Shown piece after piece: positions 12,801 through 24,475 of a stretch of 64,000 nucleotides of DNA. The stretch spans positions 21,795,319-21,859,318 of the forward strand of contig OZ037768.1 of assembly GCA_964035545.1 (NCBI GenBank), in the 5' to 3' direction. The position numbers and the translations under genes were made by a program. Numbering within the stretch: position 1 is the stretch's first letter; every line of letters starts with the position of its first letter. Source of the stretch: Bugula neritina (lineage: Eukaryota; Animalia; Bryozoa). Below the pieces are notes generated by a model. It was given only the letters and a program-made list of their open reading frames with translations. It searched no databases and was not told the origin of the DNA.

Positions 12801-14891
12801 TGAACTAGTACTAACAACTAGCAAGTGTACTATATATTGGAGATGTTTCTCACCTCAGGGGGTACCTCAGGGTACGGCACATCTTCACTAGCACCGTACT
12901 CAGAGCTGGAGAGGGAAGGCATCCTCATTTTATAATCGTTGTGCCGAGTTCTGAACTCCACACCATTCAGCACTGCCACGATCTCTCCTAGACCAACAGT
13001 TCCCCGGTAGTTGGGGTGTCCGTGTATGGCAGCAAATCTGAAGTCTAGTAGAAAGTTGGCATGTAATCAGCGCATCGGTTAACTTGGTAGTTCTAAGTTT
13101 TTTTTTAACCATGTGCAAACCAAACATGAAAACTTTGTAAATAATGTTAACAGGCTGCATATTAATTTAAAACTCATGCTTCTGTCAAATATACACCAAA
13201 CCACAAATTAAATTTTTTCCTCACAAATAGTAGTAAGCAAAAAAGCCCCTTTTTGGCAAAAGCCTGAAATTCTGAAAATAACTGTGACAAAGAAAGTTGC
13301 CTATAAACCTAAGTACAGCAGTTTCATTTAAAAATCTAATTGAAAACCGAAAGTTAGACAAAATTGGGCTCAACAACATTTTACACACTCACATAAAAAT
13401 TGTAAAAAAATGAAGAAAAGCTAGGTCATTTTCCAAATGCAGAGCAACAAAATAGTATCCTACAACTACAGCTATAGAGCAAAGTTTTAGTGATACATTA
13501 ACTTGGGTTAACAGTTAATAATAGCTTGGGTTTTTCACCTGCGTAAGATGTAGATTGGTAAGGCTTGGAGCCCGATCTAGTCAGACGTATGAGTTTGAGT
13601 CCTGAGTCACCAGATGAACGAGTCATCTCCTCAACATGCAGCTGCTGTTGGCTAACCTGTCTGGCTAAAGATGCTATCACATCTTTCTGAGTTTTGAGAA
13701 GCTTCTGTTGACAGTTGAAAAAAAATTGCTAATTGCTGTGAAAAGATTTTAAAGAGCTTTATTACATTACGTTATCAACTTTGAATAATTCGGAGGCTCA
13801 ACTAAACTGCAAGTTCTGCATTGAAATATTTTCCAGAAGTTTTGATAATAGAAAATAATTCTAATTTTATATTGCAGCGAAATTTCAACAATTCTGCGTT
13901 TGTTTCACGCATAGTCTGCAGCTGACAGTAACATTGACATTATGCTATAGTATAGGCCTACATACACACACATGTATACCTACAAATGGCACATGTAATA
14001 TTACTAACATTTCAATGCAATGACGAAATTTTGTAAACAAGATAGTTTAAAGTTAACTTCTAGCCATTAATGTAGCAGTTTACAAAGATACATTCTAAAT
14101 CTATGCTACATATAGAGCAAGCAAGCATCAGTTTAAACATGTATTTTATAGATAAATATGTGGTGTGCAACATACATGCATACATAAAGGGGTAAAAAAG
14201 GTTGGAAAATAATTTTGTAATTGAGTACTCACGACAACTTGAGTTTTAAGGTCAAGGAATTCTTTATTAGTCACAGCAGAGCAGATTGGAAGAAGTAATA
14301 CCATCAGCAAGACTTGGCATATAACCGGCTTCTAACATATTTAATAAAAAATGTTCAGCATTCAGTTGAACATTTATACAATTGCTAGCAAATACAAACT
14401 GTAAATTTGTACTGCCCTAGGTCTAATAATATTTAATTTATATTATAATATTGGTAGCTAGCATGCCTATATTCTCATCACCATGGTAACAACAAAATAA
14501 AGTGACTATAGACGCAATATAGACAATGTACTTGTTAAATTAGAATTGTGTGGGCCGTGGGGGAAACATTTACAAAATACATCAGGAATTGCTGCATTCA
14601 TAAATAACTTTCAAAGAACAAAGCTAAAAACCGCATAAAAGCAGCAATAACATATTATATAACTCAACAATATAATATTACACTTACATTGTACTTTTTC
14701 TCATCACTTGACCATTTGTATTTACAGAGGTTTAACCAATATTATAAGAAATAAACCCTAACACGAACATGTGACTAGTACTATTCTAAATATAATTATA
14801 AATATAATTTAAATACATTTTAAATATAAGTAATATATTTAGTAAATTAGAAACTATATTCTGTCAGCAGTCATGCTATAGCACTTACCAT
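3811..14891 (-). CDS. Uncharacterised secreted protein, 709 aa, 17 coding exons
   Basis: Exons on minus: 14891-14889 (ATG), 14331-14233, 13704-13539, 13044-12854, 12086-11979, 10868-10755, 10470-10301, 9743-9562, 9015-8883, 8587-8473, 8009-7965, 7152-7053, 6481-6353, 5617-5536, 5139-4929, 4557-4374, 3908-3811. All are GT-AG with consistent phases, total 2130 nt, no internal stop. Signal peptide MKPVICQVLLMVLLLPICSA. Motifs include AIHGH, LNGVEFRTRHNDY, CYLEGQW, YAIPLEIIYTTPL, RTRYPIMP, GHSH and CWDGH. Confidence 0.88.
5362..5556 (-). repeat. 33-bp tandem repeat (~6 copies) made of a duplicated exon end plus 5' splice site
   Basis: Minus-strand unit GACCAGCTAGGTAATGTAAG|GTGAGTAACACCA copies the real junction GACCAGCAAGGTAATATAAG|GTGAGT at 5536/5535. 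Confidence 0.9.
5865..6351. repeat. 25-bp intronic minisatellite (taatacactatattatactatatac)n, ~19 copies
   Basis: Near-perfect tandem array beginning at the donor site at 6352. Confidence 0.95.
7165..7660. repeat. 22-23-bp intronic minisatellite (tatacactgcatacttgtatgt / tatacaatgtatacattgtatgt)
   Basis: Tandem array next to the acceptor at 7153. It explains the three overlapping Y/C/V-rich spurious ORFs. Confidence 0.93.
10050..10260 (-). mobile_element. tRNA-derived SINE copy (central motif resembles the Meta-domain type)
   Basis: A/B-box-like head (gcgtggtcaaggggttag...gagttcagaaccc) followed by ggtgatgttaagaagagcatccagtcataattgctcctgtg. Homologous copies occur at ~12385 and ~48090. Confidence 0.7.
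12385..12595 (+). mobile_element. tRNA-derived SINE copy, same family
   Basis: ggttcaattc B-box; ggtgatgttagaaaaagcatccagtcataattactcctgtg...agatagcaactataa. Confidence 0.7.
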
Positions 14892-16179
14892 ATTTTTTCA
14901 AGTTATTAAAACTTCAATCCCCAAATTCTCCTTCAAGCACCAACAAATCTAGAAAACAGACTTTTTATATAAAATACGAGTATGGTTCCACACATTTTCA
15001 CTAATTTTCATGTAGCTAGTGAGAAATATTCAGCACAATAGTTTTGTATATCATAGTTTTTCATCTTCTTATTTATGAATTTTACTACATTAATCATTAC
15101 TTTTGCAAGAAATTTAGAATGTTTACAAAATAAATGTTTATATAACTTAAAACTTTATACAAAATCTTGACTCAAAGCATCAAATTCTACTCTTTAAATT
15201 TGATATTATTTCATAAATCTTCAGTTTCATAATTTAGCCGAATTACTTTAAACTATATAACTATAAGTATGATATTTAAAATTATATTATATCTCTATAT
15301 AATATTTTAAATGTTTTATTAACTTGTGAAGTACTAAAATTTATAGCTTAAAATATCCTTACAGAAAAACATAAATATTAGTTCGATCACACTTCATTAG
15401 TGTATATTTTAGTTTATACTTTAGCACTCCTATATTATTAGGCAGTCAAAAATGTCATGTTGATATCAAACTTTTTAGAGTAAGTTTTCAACTATCTGAA
15501 AAGCATTTCTAGTTAATAAATCAAATGCATTGATAATTATATTATTTATGAGTGATTTTCATTTTGTTATTGATTAGTATGCATGCATGCTTTCTTTTTT
15601 TAGCCAACCTTGAAAGCATCACTAAAATTATTTACTATCCAATTAACTATGATTTTTCCATTTGACTTTCAACAAAACATTGTCTTTGTTTTATACAATT
15701 ATGACAATGTGTGACAAAGTGTCTTTTAAAGAGAATACTCAATGGACAAGTTGAAGTTATAATTATAACTATCTCAATCCGAAACAAAACTTGAAGTAAT
15801 CAGCAAACAATATTTGTTTGTCAATCACAGCATCAGCTTGAATATAATAATAATATCAATATAATTAGAAAACAAAAATAATTTGATTTAAAAATGTTCA
15901 CATATATAATAATGATATATTTGTAATTTAATTATATTTATTGTAAATATAATTATTAATTATATTAACAATAAATATAATATTGAATATATGTTATTTA
16001 TTATTATGTTAATGTATATAATTATGATTATTTTAAAGTGCAATGCATAATTTACCTTTTTCAATAAGACTGTTTCAGCTTGGTTACGAGTGTTGTTCTA
16101 TTTTACTTCGTGAAATATTCTTTTCTCAATATCCTAACAGGTTATCAGTTATCACAATGTTGCAACTGTACATTCACCG

Positions 16180-16390
16180 TCTGCACCCCATACGCAAATG
16201 TCTACTGCGTTATTATTCTACATAATCACGTGGTCATTGCATCTTCAACAAACTTGCACGCAATTTGGTATAGATGTCGCTACGGTGGCGTTACAATTTG
16301 AATGTAAGGCAACCCTTACTTAAAATTTATATTCATTGAAATTCTCAACTAAACTAGGGCTATAAGCTAAAAGTGTATTATCGTAGGTAA
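16180..16390. promoter_or_regulatory. Probable divergent promoter region (secreted-protein gene on -, a + strand transcript)
   Basis: CpG-containing patch with E-box CACGTG (16227-16232). A minus-strand donor lies near 16075 and a plus-strand donor tag|gtaagt at 16387. The promoter role is inferred. Confidence 0.4.
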
Positions 16391-16730
16391 GTAATAAACC
16401 AAGAAAGTGTATTTGAGGTGTTTATTATCAGTATTTGAATATTGGCCACAATAGTAATAATAATCAATGAACTCAACAATAATATTATCTTTTCTAGTTC
16501 AGTGATGATAATATTCTAGATCTATAAGATGGCTCAGGCACCTTCTCAGACTACCAGAAGGTGCACCAGCCAAGCAAGCACTACCCAGCAAAACATCCCC
16601 GAGGGGCCAGAAAAATCTCATGGGTTGATACATTAATATCACTTTCACATAAATTTACTCATCACTATAATTTTATTTTGTTTTGTGTCTTATATAATTA
16701 TTAGTATAACTAATAGTATAAGTATTAGTT

Positions 16731-16871
16731 AAAGTGAAATAGTAATACAGAATACCATTGGTGTTACTAATGTTTATTACTAATACTAATAGTATTAGTA
16801 ATACTATTAGTATTAGTATTAGTAATAAACATTACTAATATCAATGGCATTCTGTATTACTATTTCACTTT
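16731..16871. repeat. ~140-bp AT-rich inverted repeat (hairpin)
   Basis: aagtgaaatagtaatacagaat...attctgtattactatttcactt arms are reverse complements, with further pairing inside. Confidence 0.8.
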
Positions 16872-16963
16872 GCCCTAGTGTGACTATGAGTATTACTATT
16901 ACTATTAGTATCCCTATTAGTATATTTTCAGTTTGACTTTGTGTACAATTCAGAATTAGTAAT

Positions 16964-17530
16964 TGTTGTATCGTGATTTATAAGTATGTGTAGTTGTCAT
17001 CTCTTATTGTTGCATGTGTGTGGGGTGCACAACTCTAAGTTTGACATTAATATTGCATATAGCGTGGGTGTGGCTTGTATGAGTGTTGTAGCTATATAAC
17101 CTAGTGCAAATGGGAGAATTGGGAGACTTTAGACTGATTGAGGAACAATGGAGGATATTGTATAGAATGTATGCGACCCAATTAGAATGTGTTAGAGTAT
17201 GTTACTGAGTGCTAGCCCAGGATCACAGACTGAGGAGCACCACCAGCCAACTACTCTAACCCGGAGTCTCAACTTCACCCCCTACCGGACGGACAGAAAC
17301 TGGAGTTACGTCGCAGCCAAGCCATTAACCCGTAACTGCACACCGATCCCAAGCTCACCCCAAGGCTACAATATTTATATTATTTGGTGAGTTTACGATA
17401 CTCAAAACCACTAAAACAAGTATAATGGTTGTGTTATAAGGCATCCACTCCTGAATAAACTGAGCTGTCGACAGCGTATTTACGGCTCATTACTCGCAAC
17501 CTACAACCTATGGTGACTGGCTAAAAACTG
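16964..17530 (+). mobile_element. LTR (~545 bp) plus primer-binding-site remnant of an LTR retrotransposon
   Basis: Starts TGTTGTA and ends TACAAC(C) at 17508. Has TATA-like ttataag and AATAAA, followed by TGGTGAC PBS-like sequence. No internal ORF remains. Confidence 0.55.
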
Positions 17531-17960
17531 CGTGATTATATTATTATCGTTAACTCTGCAAATGACAAACTGAGATTGTGATTATACCATGGTAAAAGTC
17601 GTCCACTCTTAGTGAGTTAGTTTCTTCGTGGGCCAAGGTGAGTAAAGTTTTCAGCAAATATTCACATACTAAGTCTAATAGTAATAATCTTATAATTAGT
17701 ATTACTGAGACTGAGAGTAGCACAAATCGTAATTAATATTAATATGAATATAATTAATATTTATATTATTATTATTTGTATTATTATTATACAATTTAAT
17801 GATAAATAATAAATTTTGATAGTATAATTTCAATATCCAATTATTAGTATTAGAAACTTTATATATTTGTATTCATATTCTAACTCATATTGATACCGGC
17901 AATGACATAAATAATAAAAGTCATCACTATCAGTATCACTACCGGCCTATAGTATTACCT

Positions 17961-20430
17961 ACCTCTTCCTCTTCTTCTTTAGTACGCACTAGAGCATGTA
18001 GCAAGAGACCTGCCTCTACAATTTCCGATTACAGGTCAGCAAGTATTTTCAGTGTGTTGCACATATGCAACTCTGGTGTATTGACTAATTATTTAGCATA
18101 GATTTAAGCTCCCGGACTGTTTTTAAAAGGAAGCTGCTGTAGTAGGCTGCTGATTTTGCAAAAATGGTTGGGGGATCGCCCCTGCTTGATGCCCTAGTAG
18201 ACCTAGAATTTTGGGTTTTACTGTTCATCAGTTCATCAACTGATTGATAAAGAATGAGTTCAGGATGTTGCCACATTCTGATTGATCTTCGGTATGGGAG
18301 CCCTCAGGTTTTATGAGTTTCATGGGGGATTTGGACGTGTTCTGTGTCCATTTGAGGTGGCGGCAGAAGGGCTTGCTGTTGCCAGTCTGGAGTGGTTTAC
18401 AAATCTTGTGAAAGATGTAGTTCTGTTGTATATCTGAAAGTTCCTTCCTGTGGGCTCTCCTTTCTTCATTATATCTATTTAGATAAAACAAATTTTTGGT
18501 TTCTTGTATAAGTTGTAAGTTCTCCTGCATTCGGTGACTAGCTTCTTGGCAGTTTTGTTGAACCAGACAGGCTCTTTTGGAGTTTTGACTTTTAAGAAAC
18601 CAGTGGGGACTGAATTTTTAACAGCTTGCTTAAGTTGAGTAGAAAATAAGTTCCACATCTGTTCTACATTATCCATTTGATTCAGTTCAAGTAAAGTAGG
18701 GTGCAAGATTTCTTGAAATTTTTCATTGTCAGCTTTTTTGTAGTGTCTAGTTGATCGAATTGGTTTAGAAGAAGTGCGTAGGCAATGATTAATGTTGACA
18801 TCCAGAAGGTTGTGGTCACTTATGCCAGGTCGGAGCACGCTGGCTGAGATGTGAATGGGATTGGTTGTGCAAATTAAGTCTAAAGTGTCACCATAGACAT
18901 GAGTAGGTTCTTCAATTACTTGTACAAGGTTGTAATCATCAAGAGATGTATTAAACAGGAGATATAGGTCTTTGTATTGAGTGCCATTTTTAATGGTGTC
19001 ATTCTTCCAGTTAAAGCCAGGAAGTGATCAGATGGATATTGGTTGAAAATATAATCAAAAGCTTCGATGAAGGAGGTTAACTCATCGCCAGTATGGGGCC
19101 GATAGTAGCAGCACAATGTGACACTATTCAAAATAAAAACAATGAGTACTTCGCAACTATAATAGGGAACATCTAGTATTTCAGGATTTAGATGAGAACA
19201 GACTGCAATCATTACACCTCCACCATATGTATTACTGTCTTTCCTAGCAAATGTAAGGTCAGAACTACTGATAATGGATCTGCTACTAATTGAATCGTCA
19301 AGATGAATTTCAGTCAGACAAATTATATCACAGTCAGTTGTTAAAGATGATAGTTCTGTTGTTTTGCCCTTTGCGGACCTGCAGTTAGTATACAGCAGTC
19401 TTATGGGTTGAAGTTGGTTGACTGATTGACAGTCTGCCGAGGAAAAAGCCAGTTCCCTGTTGAGTCCGGTTTCATTTGTTTCCATTTCCCCTGTGCCGTT
19501 TGAATTTGGATTGACATCTCTTGTCCTGAAGTTGGTGCCTGGATTTTCAGATTTAAGTTGCTTAGCTGTTTGTCTCAACCTGAACTCTTCGCCACGTTGT
19601 GTTTTGGAGCGTTATGGTTATGGTTAACTCTTCGTAAAAGTTCCCATTTTTCAGCTTTACTGTTGAGCTTTAATTTTATTGGTCAGATCCTGCCTTCTTT
19701 TTTTGCTCCCAATCGATAGGCACTTACTGGCTTACACATGTTTAAAAAGCATTCTGTTTAAAAATTCTGACACTTGTGTTGGAACTGTTTTTTCAGGTTC
19801 TTCTTTCAGGCCAAATAAAATGGTATTGACTTTTCCGGCATCAGAATCTGCGTTATCCAAAGATTGCTGGAGCATTTCCTGAGATTTTTTGATGGTAACA
19901 GCATTTTCAGAGACAGATTTCAATATGGTTTCAGTTTAATTTTAGAGCATTACTGTATGGTGTGTCGCTCTTGCCGCTATGGTTAGGGTCGACTGAATTT
20001 TCCAATTTGGTGGAAAGGTTCTCAATTAACTAATTTATTGCTTCAAATTTTTCATCAGTTGTGGTAGCCTAAGAACTTGTTTTGACTATAAGGGTATAGA
20101 TATGGCAAAACCACCTAACGCCTTTCATATCAGCTGTTGAAATCAAGTTTGCCTCTTGCTTGGACAGATTTTGGCACTGGCTGTGATACCAAGATTCACA
20201 ACAGTCACAACAAATCATGAGATGACATTTTTGTTCATCAATTTTTTTTACCACATTGGGCACATTTATCTTTAGTTTTTGGTGGCATTGTAGCACCCAA
20301 CAGGCATAGAAAATTATTTGACTGTGTAATATTCAAATATATTGCTTAAAATCTTTATTGTATTGGTATTTAAAACTTTAAAAAAGCTAAAAGAAAATTG
20401 AATATTTGATACCTCGCTGACCAGAAGTAC
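17961..20430 (-). mobile_element. CR1-group LINE with PHD-finger ORF1 and endonuclease, RT domain deleted
   Basis: ORF1 starts at ATG 20288: MPPKTKDKCAQC...CCDCCESWYHSQC...WFC and NTILFGLKEE. The APE endonuclease shows YTNCRS, DIICLTE, LDLIC and SDHNLL. The linker ...CGNILNSFF joins directly to the ORF2 C-terminus (STRASSRG...SFLLKTVRELK). (GAA)-like tail at ~17961. Several frameshifts. Confidence 0.85.
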
Positions 20431-20539
20431 ACTATAGTAATCGTATTGGTATTAGTAATAATTTCACTATTTGATAATTGGTTTGCCTTTGGTTTCACAT
20501 TTAAACTTGCTTTTGTTAGAAAAAGTAACACAAATAATT

Positions 20540-21212
20540 ATATTATTTTATTATAGTAAGTCATTAATCTGGTTCAACCAATGATTAATAATTCTAATTT
20601 TCCAAGTGTCTTCTGAGCTACTTTCGATAGAAATTAGTCTTTTTCTTTGAACCTGCTAATGTTTAGCCTTTTTTTCCCTCCAATCTTTCAATACATTTCA
20701 AGAGAAATGGCTTTATTTTAGTGCTTGCAGCTTTCAACATTAGTTTATTAACGAAAAATTTATATTATCTTTTTATAGTAAGTCAATAATCTGGTTCAAC
20801 CAATGATTAATAATTCTAATTTTCCAAGTGTCTTCTGAGCTACTTTTGATAGAAATTAGTCCTTTTCTTTGAACCTGCTAATGGTTTTAGCCTTTTTTTT
20901 CCTCCAATCTTTCAATACATTTCAAGAAAAATGGCTTTATTTTAGTGCTTGCAGCTTTCAACATTAGTGTATTAACGCAAGATTTATATTATTTTATTAT
21001 AGTAAGTCATTAATCTGGTTCAACCAATGATTAATAATTCTAACTTTCCAAGTGTCTTCTGAGCTACTTTCGATAGAAATTAGTCCTTTTTCTTTGAACC
21101 TGCTAATTTTAGTCTTTTCTTCTTCCTCCAATCGTTCAATACATTTCAAGAGAAATGGCTTTATTTTAGTGCTTGCAGCTTTCAACATTAGTTTATTAAC
21201 GCAAGATTTATG
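20540..21212. repeat. Three tandem ~223-bp copies of the transposase 3' end
   Basis: tatagtaagtca...aatctggttcaacc recurs at ~20552, 20774 and 20998. Only the 20997-21188 copy keeps an open frame. Confidence 0.9.
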
Positions 21213-22334
21213 TTGTTTGAAACGTTGTTAAGCTGAAAGAAAGCTTTCTAAAATATTTTTACTGTACAGCCAGAAACTCCTCATAGCATCTAAAATTTAA
21301 AAAACAACCGGTTGCAAGTACTGTAGAAATCAAAGCCATGGACAAAAGTATATGCTACAAAACACCAAGGTGATGCTAATTATTCCAAATGTACCTATGA
21401 GTGCACTAACTGCCGCTGCAGCTGCAAGGTTCTATCTTCTAAATACAAATGGCTATAATTTATATTTCTAAAAATAAGTATGTTATAGTATGTGTACTAT
21501 AATCACACTTGAAGCAACATACCAGTAACTGTATTCTTTTGTTGTAGTTTCTTGGGCAAAATACTCGTTACCTCTGTCTGGCCTGCCAAATTAAAAGAAC
21601 ATATTGCTCAGTGTATATTTGGTGGATTTTTATTTGATAAATATCTTAAAATTGGGAGACAGCATCTAGAATTACTTACATTGTGTTAACAATGGGACAG
21701 CACACACATATGAAGAAGACTCAAGCTTCTCATATGTTACATTCAAGCTATTTGATGATGCAGAAGCAGCAATAAAGTTCTTTATTTCTTGATTGTTGTC
21801 TTTTGCCAAACTCTTAAGCACATTGCTTATAGAAGGCTCGATTTCTTCACATTCTTTTGAAGCTGTTGAAATTTTAGTAGTAGAGGTTTTAGGTAGAAAC
21901 AAATTATTCCTTACTTTTCAGATTGCTGGTAATTAACATATAAATACATATATTTATAGAAAAAAAATGGATTCAATATTTTACCTTCTTTATCAGCTGT
22001 CTTTTCATCTGTCAGCATGTCACATGTCACAAAAAAGTGGAATTTTCAATGAACTTTTATTTCTAATGCAGAACTCCCAGCTTGCCGTCAGCATGGTGTT
22101 TATGTCTTTCATGCTGCGTGATCTAAATACAATAATAGTGTTTGTAGCCAAATATTTTGTTAAATGAAAAGTTGTGCCTAAAATCAATAGGAATTAAATT
22201 GCATGGCTGTCCAAATTTTGCATGCAATTTTTTTCCAAGCTAGTAACGGACATGCAATTTATATTCAAGTTGTAAAAAAAATTCATTTAACGTGCTTCAG
22301 GTGATAAGATACGATATATATATATATATATATA

Positions 22335-23522
22335 TTAAAAAAAATGAAATAAAATTTGATAAATAAAATGACATTTATTACTTATAGTTTCGTACACTAA
22401 AATATTGTGCACTCGTCAGAAAAAATTGTCATTATGATTGCTCTCAACTATATAATATGGTTAAGCTGAATATATGCACAGAATAAAGCATGAGGATTAA
22501 AATATAACAAAGAGGTAGCATTGGATGTAATTAGCCATGTCACAGCATTCTTGAGTAGGAATTTGCTGCTATGACTGCATATAGATAAAAAGTCATTGCT
22601 CTTGTGAAGAGAAGACAACCGTGGCTTGTACAGAATAAAATATTTTTCCTATAAGCACAGCTGACAGCTTTTAGTGATGTTATTATATGGCTGAGCTTTT
22701 CTAAGAATTTTCTAGAAAATTGTAAAATCCAGGCCTCTGTCTTTTAAGGACCAGATGTGTTTGCTTAACTCCGTTTTTAAGCGCTTGGTGGGATGCCTGA
22801 AGGAAGCAAAGTGATTGTAATACCTTGGCTTGAATGTAGTAGAAGAAATTCCTACATATTTTTCAACAGCATTGTTTGATGGAACAGATACATTAGCCCG
22901 TTTCTGATGTTTGGAGTTGTGCATTCTCCTGGTAGCGGACACATCTCTACATTTTTACAGTTGCAGCCTGCCTGTGATGTAGAGGCAGTGTAACAACTAG
23001 CACCACTTTTGTTGTGAACAGTAATGGTTTGCTCCAAGTTAGGGCAGCAACTGTAGCTGAGTTTGAGTGTGTTCTTGTTAAATATTTTGTGTAGTGTGTG
23101 TTTGCTGGGGAATACATCTTTTATTAGCTTGAGAAATAAGGAGCTGATTTTGGTCTTCACATTACGGCTATAGGGCGGTTTGAACCGGATGATTCGTCTT
23201 TGTCGTGTAGGTTTGATGCTCGTATTGGTGTTGTTAGTGTAGTTTCTGTATTTGAGCTAATAATTATATCCACTTTTAGCCAATGCATCTTGATATTGTG
23301 GGATGGCATTGTTGAAAATGGTCTCATTAGTAGATATATCACAAAATCTGTAGTTGATAGATTCTGATATGTTTTTCAGTATGCTAGGGGGATGATTAGA
23401 CTCTTTGTGTACGTACAGAGGAATGTTGTTGGGCTTAGAGTATGGTCTGTGTTGTTTCTTGACCAGATCTAGGGTAACATCCAAATAGTCGGTTGTTTTG
23501 ATGTTAGCATCTATGGTGATCT
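22335..23522 (-). mobile_element. Penelope-like element, 5'-truncated (RT C-terminus + GIY-YIG endonuclease)
   Basis: [68 protein letters not shown] and TELSKHIWSLK. It is flanked by (TA)n and sits in a transposase intron. Confidence 0.9.
22367..22433 (-). ncRNA. Type I minimal hammerhead ribozyme in the Penelope terminal region
   Basis: Minus strand reads aatgaca-attttt-t CTGACGA GTGCAC aatatttta GTGTAC GAAA C TATAA GTA ataaa-tgtcatt. The core is intact, with a 6-bp stem II, short stem III, GUA cleavage triplet and stem I aatgaca/tgtcatt. Confidence 0.85.
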
Positions 23523-24398
23523 TTATATATATATATTGATTTTTAGGGAGAGGCAGTCTTCCTTTGTTGTATGTAAATTTACCTGAAATGAGTTAGTATT
23601 GGTCCTGTGTTATAGCTGCCTGGGCAGTCCTTGCCATCATTGAATTCCACTCCCCCATCATGCACCTTGAACCAGACTCCTCCAACTTCCAAAATGTCAG
23701 CAATTCTCCGGAAGTGGTGAAGTGCTGCTATGAGCTTTGAGGAAACTAGAGCAGACTTGAAAGTGTCATACTTCGTTATTTTTAGTAGCAACATCATACA
23801 ATACAAAGTAGCTACTATTCCCACTATTTAAACAGTGACCTACTTGTTTGAGTATATGGTGTTGTGTCCTAGGCTAAGACCACTACATGCATTGGAGATA
23901 GTGTGCTCCTGCCTGCCTGCCGCCTGCCATAGCTGGTAATGGCATCATCATTAGCTTTTCTTTCCACCACTGTTCTAAACATGGCACTTGCAATGATGTT
24001 TTGAGATTTTCTGTTGGAACACCTCAATGTTAGTTCCCTAAAACAATGCAGTTTTAATAGATTGCGATATCATCAGGAGTGCATTTTATTCTTAGTTCTT
24101 ACTCGTATTCCTAGTAAACTACTTGCACTTATTGTTGGGTGAGTGAATAAATTTTGCATAAGTTCCTGTTGTAGTTAGTAGTTGGCATGATTTTTAGATA
24201 AATATACACATTATAAAAGTGCCTTTCAGCATGTTCAGCGACTATTGATCTGCCTGAAACCAGCCTCAGTGTTTCAGGTAAGTGCACTGAAAGGCAATGG
24301 AAGGGCATTCCGAACATAGCCCGCTTGGTGCAAGTTTTTGGGTTTTTAAGAGTTCATGTGAGACTAAAGTTATATTCCTAACAAAGTTATTTTTAAAG

Positions 24399-24400
<2 letters not shown>

Positions 24401-24475
<75 letters not shown>
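24401..24475. repeat. (TA)n microsatellite
   Basis: ~35 TA units in a transposase intron. Confidence 0.95.

Noticed and set aside
20069-20296. PHD finger next to the RAG1-like transposase as a RAG2-like gene
   Set aside because: It is on the same strand rather than convergent and has no kelch repeats. It is the N-terminus of a LINE ORF1 continuing into NTILFGLKEE and an APE endonuclease.
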